A stretch of DNA of 64,000 bases from Marsupella aquatica (GCA_973895155.1 OZ316898.1:17660752-17724751); one strand, 5' to 3'. Positions 39,782 to 52,362 are shown, numbered from the stretch's first letter. Notes: a model not told the origin generated them from the sequence alone. A program made the numbers and translations.

Positions 39782-41148
39782 TTGCTACAGAGCAGAATCC
39801 TTTCTTGCTGATTCTCCTTTCATACACATTGACCATTTGTCCAGGCATATCGAGCAGGTAAACTACCATGATAACCGATTGGTAGGGGGGGGGGTAGGAA
39901 ATACTTTGTTAACAATTGTTTGTTGTTTATATGAGATGACAAGCCAAACCAGGTTGTGTGCGAGTTTTCCTATGGATACTGCCGTGTAAGGCTTGAGTTT
40001 GAATCCAAAGGCTGGTCTTCAATTGGGATCTGAGTTCCGATTAGCATTCGTTAGCAATTCCTAGATCTGGTAGCCAATAGATTCATTTCAGATGTACCTT
40101 AGGGGAATTGATTTAGCACCTCCACGAATGATTAACTGGGGTATGTTCATCTGAGCCACGCAATTTCTGAGTACTTAATTTCTGTTTCCACACAACAGTC
40201 TACCAGGTTGTCTTACCAAGAGTGACTCGATGTTGATTCTTTGTCATAAGATGAATTCTCAGAGACACAATTTCTAATACGGACCCGACCTCCGTTTATT
40301 GAGCATTGTGCACTTGTCCTGGATCAAACTCGCTCCTGTAATCTCGAATCACAATAGTGTCCTGCTCATGCAAAGCTCTAATGTTCAGGTTCAGCCAAAA
40401 TTTGAGAACACTTTATGGATCAGATCAGTGTCCACTTTATCCAGATCATCTATCACTGAATGGGACGAAGTCAAGCAAGGAAAGACATGACGTGTTGATA
40501 TTTGCATTGGAGTGAAATTTCAGGACATGATGAAACCCCAATCTGCATGAACTCATAGGAACCTGTGGGTTGGATAAGTGACAGTCCCGAGTGAACCTTA
40601 AATTGTGGTGATGCTGCTACATCATCGGTTTCCACTTTCTTAGAAGGCTGAAAATCTTCTCCTGGACCAGAACTTTACTGTACAGATGAGTAGCTTCAAA
40701 ATTGTAATCACTGATGGGGGTGCGCTCTTACTTGCCTCTGGCGTATGGTCCCATTTCAATCCCAGCAATCACTGACTTTATAGAGGACCCATTAAATCTT
40801 ATCTAACTTTGTGTGAATGTGTAAAAGGAAAAGAAGCCCAGACGGACCTTAACCTTTGGTGAACAACTAGGATGGACTGCCGCAACCTGGATGGGCCATT
40901 TTCAACATTACTCTGAACTTAAACAGCATCTTTATTTTATTTTATCAGTGGGCACACTTGTGGGTCTCTAAAGCTGCTAGGTCCATTGGAGTTGCATGGT
41001 TACAAACTGCATACTGAAGAAGGTTGTTGCTGAAAGTAGGAAGGGGGGATTCTTTACCATCAGTAAGTGAAGAATAACCATGTTACAAAGGCTAGAACTA
41101 GACTCAGATCAGCACCTGCTGTAGCCATCTGGTTGTAGCATACGCATT

Positions 41149-41249
41149 GCAGTTGAACTTGTGAATCCAAATGATTGACAAATTATGCAAACTAGGGTAG
41201 TTGCAATTGAACTTGTGAATCCAAATGATTGACAATTATGCAAACTAGC
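41149..41249. repeat. Direct duplication of ~47 bp
   Basis: TTGAACTTGTGAATCCAAATGATTGACAA(A)TTATGCAAACTAG occurs twice, ~54 bp apart. Confidence 0.85.
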
Positions 41250-42108
41250 CTGACTACCCATTTTTTTGAAGTTAAATATAGGTGATTGCTAATAGACCTT
41301 GCCAGAAAAAGATTCCTTATTATGATTTTAAATGACACTCATTTATGATTTGCCCCCATTCCCTGCACCCCCAAGGTAGGTGATCCAGGCAGAATGACGT
41401 CTAGAGTCTTCACTCTAGATCTAGGCTATCAAAGTAAGTTTCTATTGTGAATTATTAGTAAGATGATGTAGGCACAACCACATTGTAAGGTAAACATCAT
41501 TTTTAAAATTTGAACCCAATACCTTTTCATGTATCTTCCTGTTGTTTTGTTTAACAACTTCATTGGTTTTGAGCTTAGGGATGCAAACTTTGGGCACATG
41601 ATCACCTGAGCAGTGCCTTTTACTACCAGAGATCTACTAGCCTTAACCTCATCGGAAAGTTGCATACAAGGTTTGCCCAATTTATGTTTAAGGAAAGGGA
41701 AGGGAAACTGCCCCATGTTGTTCGAGGATAGTAATGTCCCGCTTGCAATCCAATCATTTAATGCAGATCATTAGCACCTTAAAATTTCTGGTTTATGCAT
41801 GCTCTGCCCACAAAGTTAATCTAGTCCTTTTGGATTATAGGGCAATTCCAATTTGTCTAGATTTCATTTTTTATTTTAACTACAATCAAAACACTGATAA
41901 ATTAATGTTTTAAATCAAAATATTTAGAATAGTCCTAAAATATCCATTGTAAAAATTTTCCCAAGATTCACAAACACTACCCACAATTTTTTAGCAGGAA
42001 CTGAGATTCCTATTATTATTGATTGTTTGAGCACACCTAACAATCCCTAAAGTATTTCCCACATGTCACTTCACTATCTTTTGCCTTCACCGTCATTCCT
42101 TCTCAAAG

Positions 42109-42858
42109 GGGGTTGTCCCAAAGGTGCCCATCGTGTCATTCCTCAGCACAGAACTGCTCTCGTCACTGTCATAGTAGTACTATATAGCATGTTCATCCTG
42201 CAACATTCATTTTTTTGGGTTTTGTAGTGATATGTAATTCATTTTATTTATTTATGATAAAAGAAGTAGGTACATGTAAAGTATACGCCAAAAAATTTAT
42301 ATCTGTTAATTTAGAGTGAGTGACATAGTACACATACAAAGAAAAACACATTATGGCCAAGAAAGTACAAAGGTACTAAAGAGTAAGTTGGCATATATGA
42401 CAGATTGTCACTTGCTTCTAGGTAATGACAATCAACTCAATTAAAACCATAAATTTTGTAAAGGAAAACATGAGGGGAACTTAGTACACCAAATGTGCAC
42501 ATTGTTCAAATTCATTCTCTCACTCTCATGAGAAAAAAGATAATTCACTAAGGAGTGATTGAAAAGGAAAATTAAACATTAATGAGGGGAGCCAAATGCA
42601 TTCAAAATACTCTAAGTTCACCAAAATTAAAAGGGGTCTAAACTTTAATTCAAAATCAAATTAATACATATGATTCACCTTGTTAAGGCACATTAAAATA
42701 AAAATACTGAAATGTTTTTGAATAAGACAACATCTGAAAAGTGGATTCACCATATAGCAGTTTCATAATTGGGGGGTGGGTTGTCTGAAGGTGCCCATAG
42801 TTTCATTCCTTAGCACAGGACTGCTCTCATCACTATCACAGTAGTACTATATACCATC
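42109..42858. repeat. Dispersed ~80-bp direct repeat (about 42109-42190 and 42778-42858) in AT-rich, CpG-poor DNA
   Basis: GGGTTGTC..AAGGTGCCCAT.GT.TCATTCCT.AGCACAG.ACTGCTCTC.TCACT.TCA.AGTAGTACTATATA present at both positions. Confidence 0.75.
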
Positions 42859-43093
42859 CCTATTTGCATGAAAACGCTATGATTATTAAAAAAATGGATC
42901 TGACTGACAAAATATTCATAAGTGTTTGTGAAACATTTCAAAGAATTTGTGATGCAAATTTTAAGAATATTCCAAGTATTTTTGTTAAGCATGTTTTGGC
43001 CTTGAACACTGGCCTTGAGTGTACATTAATTTAAATTTAAACAATCAGTTTGTCGACCCCCTACTCATGTATCTTTCAAACTATTGAAAGTGT

Positions 43094-43425
43094 TGTTAAG
43101 GATTGCTCTTAGTCTTGTGACTCAAAGGTTACGGCACTTAGGCTAATCACAGTTAGGGTCTTAGCTGAGGTTAGGTTAGTCGTGTGTGACCTTGTATATA
43201 CCAGGGCTAGTGTAAGCCGCTGGTGAGTGGTGCTTACTCATTGTAACGGAGCAACTTGAGGAAGAGGGAGAGCATGTGTGTTCGTTTACACTTGAAGTAA
43301 AGCTTGAGTATTCGTGTGGACGTAGCCTTGGAGAAGAGGTGAACCACATAGAGATTGTGTCGACTACGTGTGCATGGAATAAGTCATGGTTGTATGGTCG
43401 TTGCGAATGACGTCTTAGTTCAACA
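43094..43425 (+). mobile_element. Solo LTR (332 bp) of the Copia family found at 58918
   Basis: TGTTAAGG...TTCAACA, same length as the 5' LTR at 58918-59249, with about 14 substitutions by eye. TSD AGTGT/AGTGC (one mismatch); no PBS follows. Confidence 0.93.
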
Positions 43426-43599
43426 AGTGCTGTTGTTATCGGACACTTTGGCGGAAGGTGTGAATACTCATTCGGTTCTCTCCCATGTGTCATATCTTGT
43501 CCACCAGGCAAGGTTTGTGCCAAATATTAGACACTCCTCCATTGATTGTGGTACAGAACAAATTTGCATGTGGCCATTAAATTCAGCAGCATTGGAAAA

Positions 43600-44340
43600 A
43601 CATAGCTCGACACAAACCCAGATGGCACTACTGTAGTAACACTCCATTTTGTTACTGACATTAGTTATTGGGTAGCACTAAATTGGAAGTCATATATACT
43701 GCCATAGTGCCATCCGGGTTCTTGCAGAGCTACTACTGAATTCATTTTGTTCCTCATGTTGGTTATTGGGTAACACTGAATTGGAAGTGTGACCATAGTA
43801 CCATCCGGGTTTGCACAGAGCTACTGTACAACAGAGTCTATTTCATTGACATTAGTTATTGGGTAACACTAACTTCAAAGTCATACTCGTAATGAATTCC
43901 AGTTGAGGGGTCTCGGTAAGTGCACATCAAAATATGACATATACAATATACTACATCCTTCCATACCATGATAAACTTGGTTATTTTCTTCAAATCAATG
44001 AATGCATACCCTATCTTATTGCATTTTGATGTGTGATTACCCATTATAAACCTCATTATTTTCTTTAAACCACCACTAGCCATATAAAAGGTGAAGTGTT
44101 CAAGATTTCTCACTTTTTCACATTCATCTCTTCTACTGTGAGACTTTGCTCCACAATTTAAGGAAAAAAATACTAAAAATGGTGATATTTGTGGAACCAA
44201 GTTTTTATCATGGCTAGTAGCTCTTGAAATCAATGAGTGCAAACCATTAAAAAAACACTTATAATGTTGAAATTTGTGGAACCAAGTTTTTGTCATGGCT
44301 AGTGGAACCAAATTTTTATCATGGCTACTGGCTCTTTCAA
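43600..44340. repeat. Degenerate tandem repeats (TTATTGGGTARCACT units; GTGGAACCAAGTTTTTATCATGGCTA units)
   Basis: GTTATTGGGTARCACTRA at about 43664, 43762 and 43855; TGGAACCAARTTTTTRTCATGGCTA at about 44192, 44277 and 44303. Confidence 0.7.
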
Positions 44341-44404
44341 TCTATTAGTGCACCTTATATTACCACATTGTATATTATCATATTTACACCATATATTAAC
44401 ACAA

Positions 44405-44540
44405 TTTGATATGTGATTACCGGCGTGTGATGTGTGATTTGATATGTGATTACCGGCGTGTGATGTGTGATTACCGGCTTGATGTGAAATAAAGACATTT
44501 GGATATGCGATTACAGGCGTGATGTGTGATTACTGGCAGG
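44405..44540. repeat. Short tandem array (GATRTGTGATTACCGGC) upstream of the RCC2-like gene
   Basis: GATTACCGGC three times plus the variants GATTACAGGC and GATTACTGGC. Confidence 0.85.
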
Positions 44541-45026
44541 GCCAGTTGAGTGTTAGCCGGTAACTAACGTGACGTGAGTGCGAAAATGGAGTGGAGGAGT
44601 GTCTGGTGAGAGAGAGGAAATAACACGGATGCATTTTGAACGGCGAAACACAGAGCAAGGCACGAGTCTAGGCGAAGTGCCGCTCTGTAGCAGACCGCAG
44701 AGCACAGAGCAGAGCAGAGCAGACATCACATTCCTCTCAGTTTTTGGCCGCAGAGAAAGACCCCTCTCGTCTGCAGCAAAGCACGGTGAGCTTCGACGAA
44801 TCGAGCGAGCGAGCGAGGGCGCATTTCGAACGGGCAAAGAGGGAGAGAAGGGTGACTTTTCAAGCAAAGAACGGTGAGTTTTGGACCAAAGGAGAGAGAA
44901 AGAGAGAGGTGCTCCGTTTTTGAGCTTTTTGCTTGGAGGAAGAAAAGGGAGGAGAAGGGGGAAAGAGGCGGTGCTGCAGCAGCAGAATAGCAGAGCGCAG
45001 CAGACAGGCAGGGCAGAAAGGTCGGA

Positions 45027-46616
45027 ATGGCGCCAGCAGAGAGTGTAGAAGCTGTGGAAGTGGCGAATAGCAGCAAGGTGACGACGGTGGTGGAGGGAGG
45101 AGGAGGAGGAGAAGACAAGAAGGAGGAAACAGAGAAAACGGGAGAGGAAGGAGGAGCAGCGGAGGGGGAGAAGAGTGAGGAGAAAGAAGAGGAGGGGCTC
45201 AAGGGGGGAGAGCTACTCTTCTGTGGATGCGCCTCATGGGAAAATGTTGCGCGGAAGACAGTCAATGCCAGCGAAAATGTGACCCTCACTGCCCCGACAC
45301 GGCTATCCACTCTCCTCAACATCGACATTGCGTTTGTAGCGTCCGGCTCGGCCTCGGCGCACTGTGTGGCTCTAGACGTCAATGGCCGCTGCTACACATG
45401 GGGCCGCAACGAAAAGGGGCAGCTTGGCCACGGGGACTTCCTCCAGCGAAACACTCCCACGCTGGTCACTGCCTTGACAAGGTTCGTGATGGTGAAAGCC
45501 GGGGCAGGGAGAAATCACACAGTGGTCCTCACAGATGGTGGCCTGTCTTTGGCCTTTGGCTGGAACAAGCATGGTCAGTTAGGGTCTGGCAGCTTGAAGG
45601 AGGAATGTGAGAAGCTGCCAGTCAGGTCCCTCGTCATGGGGGCCACGAATGCTGCTTGTGGTGCTGAATTTACAATGTGGCTGTCATCTGTGTCCGGGTC
45701 TTCTATCCTCTCCGCGGGGTGTCCTCAGTATGGGCAGCTGGGCCATGGAACCGACAATGAGTACAATTCAAAAGAAGGGTCTGTGAAACTGGTCTATGAG
45801 CCTCAACCACGGCCTCGAGCCATTGCTAAGCTAGCTAAAAGGAATGTAACGAAGGTAGCATGTGGGAACAACCACACTGTTGCAGTGGATTCTGAGGGCT
45901 ATGTCTTTACATGGGGTTATGGTGGTTATGGAAGGTTGGGGCATAAAGAGCAGAAGGATGAGTGGGCTCCAAGGATTATAGACATGTTTCAGCAGGCAAA
46001 TACATTGCCTTCAAATGCAGTTATTGCTGCAGGTGCTGCGTATTCGGCCTGCACTGGAGGTGGAGGCCAGCTCTATATGTGGGGTCGTGTGAAGCCAACA
46101 GGTGACAACTGGATGTATCCGAAACCTGTTAGGGATCTGAGTGGATGGAATATACGGAGTATGGACTGTGGCAACACTAGCAGTTTTGCTGCTGCTGATT
46201 CTTCTTGTATCAGCTGGGGCACGTCTACTTATGGAGAGCTCGGTTATGGGCCGTCTGGACCCAAGTCATCAGCACAACCCAAGTTGGTTGATTCCCTTGA
46301 AGGCATGCACGTTCTGGGGGTGGCATGTGGCTGGGGGCATTCTCTCATTATTGTCGATCGGTCTAAGCTCCCAGAGAAGCTGGAAAAGTTGGAGACTTAC
46401 TCAGGGCATGAAATTACTCAACAATCTGCTGATGAAGAGGAAGAAGAGAAGCCAGTAAAGAAGACACCAGTGAGGGGGAGACCAAAGGCCTCGACAAAAG
46501 CCTCAACAGCAAAAGCCTCAACGAAGCGGAAGGCTGCTGTAACTCCAACTCCAGTCCCAGCTAGTGCCGGGGCTAAGAAAAGTAAAGCAAAGCCTGCCAC
46601 CAAAAAGAGGAAGTAG
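45027..46616 (+). CDS. RCC2: RCC1-repeat beta-propeller protein, RCC2/TD-60 homolog; single-exon CDS
   Basis: 529-aa ORF with RCC1 repeats (YTWGRNEKGQLGHG, AFGWNKHGQLG, VACGNNHTV, FTWGYGGYGRLGH). RCC2-type motifs GELLFCG, PQYGQLGHGTDNEY and MYPKP. Acidic N-terminus and basic C-terminal tail with an NLS-like end (ATKKRK). Confidence 0.9.
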   Translation: MAPAESVEAVEVANSSKVTTVVEGGGGGEDKKEETEKTGEEGGAAEGEKSEEKEEEGLKGGELLFCGCASWENVARKTVNASENVTLTAPTRLSTLLNIDIAFVASGSASAHCVALDVNGRCYTWGRNEKGQLGHGDFLQRNTPTLVTALTRFVMVKAGAGRNHTVVLTDGGLSLAFGWNKHGQLGSGSLKEECEKLPVRSLVMGATNAACGAEFTMWLSSVSGSSILSAGCPQYGQLGHGTDNEYNSKEGSVKLVYEPQPRPRAIAKLAKRNVTKVACGNNHTVAVDSEGYVFTWGYGGYGRLGHKEQKDEWAPRIIDMFQQANTLPSNAVIAAGAAYSACTGGGGQLYMWGRVKPTGDNWMYPKPVRDLSGWNIRSMDCGNTSSFAAADSSCISWGTSTYGELGYGPSGPKSSAQPKLVDSLEGMHVLGVACGWGHSLIIVDRSKLPEKLEKLETYSGHEITQQSADEEEEEKPVKKTPVRGRPKASTKASTAKASTKRKAAVTPTPVPASAGAKKSKAKPATKKRK

Positions 46617-48769
46617 GGGAACACCAAGACGATTTCCCTGAGTAAGGTCAGAGGAGGCTACTTATGGACGAAGGCCTTATAGACCTCCTCTATAAGTGCG
46701 TGCTCTTAAAAACGAGGATTCTTAACTCCAGCTTTCTCGTTCTTGGTAGGCTGGCTGGTAATTCAGAGCAGGTTGCGAAATTGCACATTGAAAGCTTTCC
46801 GAGCTACATTAACTTGTTTACTGTTGGCTGTTGGCTGCAGGGAAAGCTTACGTGTAGCATCAGCGGACCCTAGTGAATGTTTTTTGGGCAGTTCCAGAGT
46901 TCGTCGGGGTCTAATAGGAAATGGAGGAAGTCATCTGGAAATTTGAATGTTTTCCAAATGCAAACGAGTTACAGGGGTATGATGACCAACGACAGGGTAG
47001 AAGGTGGTAGGGAGAAGGAGGACATTTACTGCATCTAGACTCACAGAGACAGGTGATGCATTTCGCGGATCATCGATCCATTGTACAATTCCCCTTAGTT
47101 GCACGGGGTAGCAGATAGGTCAAAGATTGTCTTTCTGGGATTGGAGGAACAGGGTCTGCAACCTCTTCCACGGATCGCTGATGACATTATTTTGGATAAA
47201 TATACTGATGAGTTTCCATGGAAGCCTTTTAGCAGCCTATCATCACTAAGTCGTGGCTGGAAGCAAGCAATTTGAAGTCAGCAACTTGTTCCAGGTATCC
47301 CACATGAGATTCAGATTAGGGTAGGATTACTTTACTCCGAGGATGACTTCTCCTTGGCAGTAATGTCACTATGTGATAGGTGATAGAAAGAAGACCACCT
47401 GCCCCAAACGGGAGCAGATTAGAAAGTGCTACATGTTCAGGTCGACAGTAACTGTTAAGGTTTCTATTTTGAAATGTTGAGGCCACTTGCACATTTAAGG
47501 AGTTTTGGTCATTTCTCAACATACTTGACTACTTTCCTGCTCAATTTTTGTTGGTAGTACCCTATGAAAAGTGAAGTGGTTGTATCGGTTCCACAGTATG
47601 GTCAATGGAGGCAGATTCTGGAAGAAGACCAGAATTTTACACAATCCAATTTGTAGGAGATGACAGATTCTTGTTCTACTTCGGAAGTCTGTTTATATAC
47701 AAACTTGAAGGCAGCATGGACTTTGGTAGAGAAGGACAGGAATAGCAGCATCGTTAGCTCTGTGGTGGAGTTGTGAAGAACCAGAAGAAAGCAACGATCG
47801 CTGCAATATGAAAACCAGTACGAAGTAACGAAACTATTTTCCTGTGGGACTTGCGTCTTCTGGACTGTCAAAGGACTGTTTGGGCTATGTACCACAGAAT
47901 TCAACACCATGTTTCAACTGAAGTTAGTCAGCTTGGGTTTTTGGTAGGGCACAGGCAGTGTGGACTCCATGTGTTTGAATTGCGCAAGGAAGCTTCTGAA
48001 CGTTCACCTCCATTGCGTGGTGACTTATTAAGCGCTTCTGCGCTAATGGACGGAATCAGTCAGTTTAACTGCCTCGGACGTCAGCAAGATGCCTCTAAGA
48101 AATTGTAGTGTAAATCTGCTTCATCCCTTAACAGTCACAAGTACATCACAATTCGGACCTGTAACACTTTCCCTCCAAATTCCCAACAAGCAATTAGTGA
48201 TTTAGCCTGGCCACGTGAAAAGTGTCAAATCTGCCATCATTCGTGCGCTTCAAAGTTCCAGGCTAAATCCCTACTGCTTGTTAGAACTGCCATCAGGCAG
48301 CACTTTTCTAGTAAGGATGGATACAAATGCTAAGACCACCAGGTCGAATAGGGGGCATTCTCTTTATTTGAGCACGTGGCTCCTGTTTCCTTAATCCTAG
48401 TGTCACACGCAGCCTTTCACCTTATAGCGAATCTTGTTGAAACTACAACCTACTTGAGGAGTTCTAAGTTACTTTTTCGGGGAGGAGAGGGCAAAATTTG
48501 TCAGATCAGGCTACCTCATCTGTTTCTGGGAAACGATCATCGAGCTGTGTCACCAGGAGTGTAGAGGATGCAAACAGCTCTCACCTCATATCGTTGACTG
48601 TCTCCTACATCAGTATGGAGATATTGAAATGACATCAACCTCTTTTTGGTAGACGACAATGAACTAGAGAAGGCCCGGATTCGGCTAATGTTCGGGGGAC
48701 AGTGGCACTGGTATGGGGACAACGTCCCAGCTTCGCGAAAGAAATTACAAAGCAGTTCATCAGTGTGAT

Positions 48770-50447
48770 TCATACTGCAAGCCTTCTACGCCCCTTGGCC
48801 TTCCTTCGCGCAAGAACCCTTCGACCCCCAACCGTTTCCTTCCTGATCTCCAAGTCATCCAGAAGGTGAGAATCAGTCGCAAATCGGGAATCTGACACCT
48901 AAGCAATTGATGGGAAGCCAAACCCAAAGTGACTCTTTAATCACCTAATGGCGTAAGGCAAATCGCTGATCTCATATACGACTACTCTAAATTGAACTAA
49001 ACAGCAAACTTCTTCTACTTAATGACTGCAACCTGTCCAGCGTTATTCAAAAGAATGAATGGACGACTCTCACAAGCGACAAACTGCATGAGATGAGAGC
49101 TCACCTAACGAGGAAGCCGTGCGTCCGTTTCCGTTTGAGATTGCTTGGCTGGTAAGTCCTCTTGGTTGCCGTAACCATTGGGCTGCAGATGTCCAATGTG
49201 TACATTCTAGTCAACTAAGGGGAGCAGATTGGAACTACATACCTTTTGACATCAAAACTACCCGATTATACCTTTCAGACAAATAAAAATGAGATAGTCA
49301 CAGAAATAAAAACTCCACCGCCTCTGAATTGATATGCATTGCAAATAACTGATCCAAAAGCTGAATTGCTCTGGACTCAAGCCAAGAGTACGATATGACC
49401 CACAAAGGTTCCCAAATGAGGCAGCACTTTGCCACTCTGCGTACAAGACCACTAAAAAGGGGACTAGAGGGGACTTGTTTCGAAGATTGGTGTGAAATCC
49501 TATCTACTCTCAAACACGTGAGGCATTTGTTGCCAAACTTCATTTGACCGATAAAGATGAGCTTACTCAAGAAATGCAATTTTAGGGTGTCGCGACGAAA
49601 GCAAGAATTACCTGTCCGAGGTTCCTACGCCAGGGCAAAATGCTGCAAACCCAGACAGACAGCCCAAAAAGAAATCCATCAATCAATCGGCTGGACAAAT
49701 GCAAAGTCTAACCCTGATCTGTTGCAAAAGCCTAGACTCTCATCTACCAGCTACAGTACCACTGAACGAGCACAACCACTGAACGAGCACAGAGCTGGTT
49801 CAGCTCGTCTCGGCAATTCACATTCCACGGTAACCTCACAAAAGGGCACATCACCAGATCAAAGCATAGCCGGCGTTGCATTGCATAGCAGCAGACCTAG
49901 TAGCTCACAAATCAAGGGTATGTAAACAGAATAGCACAAATAACGCACCGTCTTCAATAACTGCGCGAGGATCAGCGGGCCACCCGGCGGGATTGAAAAG
50001 TGCCAAAACTTCAGCTTCCCGAGCTAATCTCAACTCGTGCAATCCTCTGCCTCCTTCCACAACCACGTTCTGCTGTGCTCTCAGCATTGGCGATGACAGC
50101 TTGGCATCGGCATGAGAGCAGGCAGCAAGAGAAGCAGGGAAAAGATTTAGAGAACCGAATGTGGCAAGTTTCTGATCACCACATTGCCGCCCATGGAATG
50201 CTTGTAACAAATTAGGGTCCACAAATTCGGCAGTCTCGTCGGTACCAGAAGATCTAGTGGAGGAGGACGAAGTGGCCTTGAGGTCCACGAGGAGAGAAGC
50301 TGAAGACGAGGCCGAGGAGCTGGAGCTGGAGGAGGAGGCGATAGACGAATAGAGAGACCGCAGAGAAGGGAGCAGGCGATGGCAGCCGGGTGTGGTGGAG
50401 AGTCCGCTCTTGAGGGTCAGCACCGCAGTCTTCAACGCGGACGCCAT
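48770..50447 (-). CDS. RPL34: Mitochondrial-type ribosomal protein L34 (bL34m), 226 aa with long N-terminal extension
   Basis: Exons 50447-49949, 49642-49612, 49182-49105 and 48842-48770 (GT-AG, phases 1/2/2). The C-terminus [44 protein letters not shown] is a canonical bacterial-type L34. Only exon 1 appears in the ORF track. Confidence 0.93.
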
Positions 50448-50640
50448 CGCCGCAGTGTCACCTCTCTCTCACACTGATTCTCACCTTCTCTTCGCTTCAC
50501 CTTCGTCAATCCCTCGTTCGTGTTTTCCTGAGTATTGCATTCGCTACTCAGCGAATAGCGAACGAACGAGCGAACGTTTTCTTTCAGCACTTCATCGTTT
50601 CCAAAGTCTCTTCATATACAGCCGTCTCTTTACAATTGCG

Positions 50641-50782
50641 CACTAATTAAGTAAGTGCAAATCCTGGATAATTGTGAGGGTTTATCCCCACTAATTAAGT
50701 AAGTGCAAATCCTGGATAATTGCAAGGGTTTATCCCCACTAATTAAGTAAGCGCAAATCCTGGATAATTGCAAGGGTTTATT
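50641..50782. repeat. Three 48-bp tandem repeats in the L34 promoter region
   Basis: CACTAATTAAGTAAGTGCAAATCCTGGATAATTGYRAGGGTTTATCCC at 50641, 50689 and 50737. Confidence 0.92.
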
Positions 50783-50811
50783 CCGTTCCCCCACTGTCCA
50801 TGATAAAACCT

Positions 50812-50966
50812 GGGATTTGCATGATGAGACCCCAAAATGAAACGTGTTTTTTGATAGGACCCTTGAGTGATTGAGACCGTCGATTGACCTTCAATCAACA
50901 TACCCAAAACTTCAGGGGTCCTATCAAGTAACACCATTCATTTTGGGGTTCCATCAAGCAAATCCC
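50812..50966. mobile_element. Palindromic MITE (Mutator-like long TIRs)
   Basis: Left arm GGGATTTGCATGATGAGACCCCAAAATGAA...TTGATAGGACCCTTGAG pairs with right arm CTTCAGGGGTCCTATCAA...TTCATTTTGGGGTTCCATCAAGCAAATCCC. TSD is not clean. Confidence 0.7.
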
Positions 50967-52362
50967 TCGACCAAACCTGGATCCACCAGGTTTCACCATT
51001 TTAGTACCTTTTTCATGAAATTGCAGAGCAAAGTCTCACCCTAGAGGAAAGGAATTTGAAGAAGTGTCAATAAAGCCAGTTGTGGTTTTACTTTCCAGCC
51101 ATTTTGCACTTTTTGTATCCAATAAAGTTCTGTATAGCGGCATTGTGGGATATAATGCGCCAAACAACAAGCTTCGGCTCAAATTTTGAGAGGCTATTAT
51201 TGCCCATGATGTTTTGGAATTAGACATAATCTTCTTGAAGGAGGTGATCCAGGTCTTGGCTAGTACATTATGCTTCCAGGATGGCCTGAACATACAAAGG
51301 AACAAATCACAAAGGACCTTAAGTAAGTGCAAGGGATGGTCCACTAAAAGACAACCTTACTTTTCTATCCTATCCTATCCTATCCCTTAAACTGGTTGAA
51401 GTTATTAGAATTATAAATAAATGTACAGGTGAAACTCACAAAAGTATGTTGAGCTAAGGCAAAAAGAAAGAACCGCCATAATTGGATGGACACAGAAGTT
51501 TGACGTGATTAATTGATCAATCCCGCCGAGTGGCCTGTTGAAATTACTTGCATAGATCATTTTGTACTTCCATTTGAGAGACTACATGTAAACATCCATT
51601 TGAGCTGTAAGAGAAGGCTTTCAGTGGATTTCTCCCGTTGGTTACCAGGTATATAGCCTCGTTCCATGACACTCTTACAACTCCCTTTGTTGCCCTCTAT
51701 TACTCAACAAATAAATTACCAGTTGGACACACAAGTAGGAAACCAATATTAGTATTCCCTTTGAGGGAAAATTAGTGAATTCCCTATTTGCATCTTATTA
51801 AGTCTCTTTGGGCATGGGTTTGAAGCCTAGCATTGTATATCATGTCATTATTCTAAAGAAATTGGAAGCCCACTCTGTCCGTCCACCCTGAATGGCACAA
51901 AAAAAAAGTAATTTACAATGTATCAAACAACAGGCATATCAAATGTATACTAACGGTAGCCTTCAAACATGAAGGAAGATATAGTTTTTAGGGTTTCATG
52001 GGGTTCTTTGGCCAGGCCTCTGATCTAGCCCTAAACCACATTGGCAAGAGGGAAATTTGGACAACCATGGTCAATAGCCAATACCCAAATGATGCCCATT
52101 GCTATGTCCCCCATGCCTTGTACCCCAATTGCTGTCCTCATTGCTTTTTATAGTGAATGGGTGTTTGCTGAACCATTGAGGGTGGGATCAAGGGCTTAAT
52201 TAGGCACTCACCGTTCTTTGTATGGCCTCTTTACACATTCTTCTTTCTGACCGTCCTGCGCAGTTTACTCAGAACCTTTATCAGGCTTTTCAGTTTATTG
52301 CCTAGTACAGTATTACTTTGTTGCTCAGTTGGGTTTTAGCTCTTTACCATAGTTGAGTATTA

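Noticed and set aside
43176-43523. ORF similar to 59000-59293
   Set aside because: Antisense translation of the shared LTR sequence.
44726-45382. 218-aa antisense ORF and other antisense ORFs over RCC2, NRPB2 and SNAPC4
   Set aside because: Shadow ORFs of GA-rich or codon-biased sense sequence.
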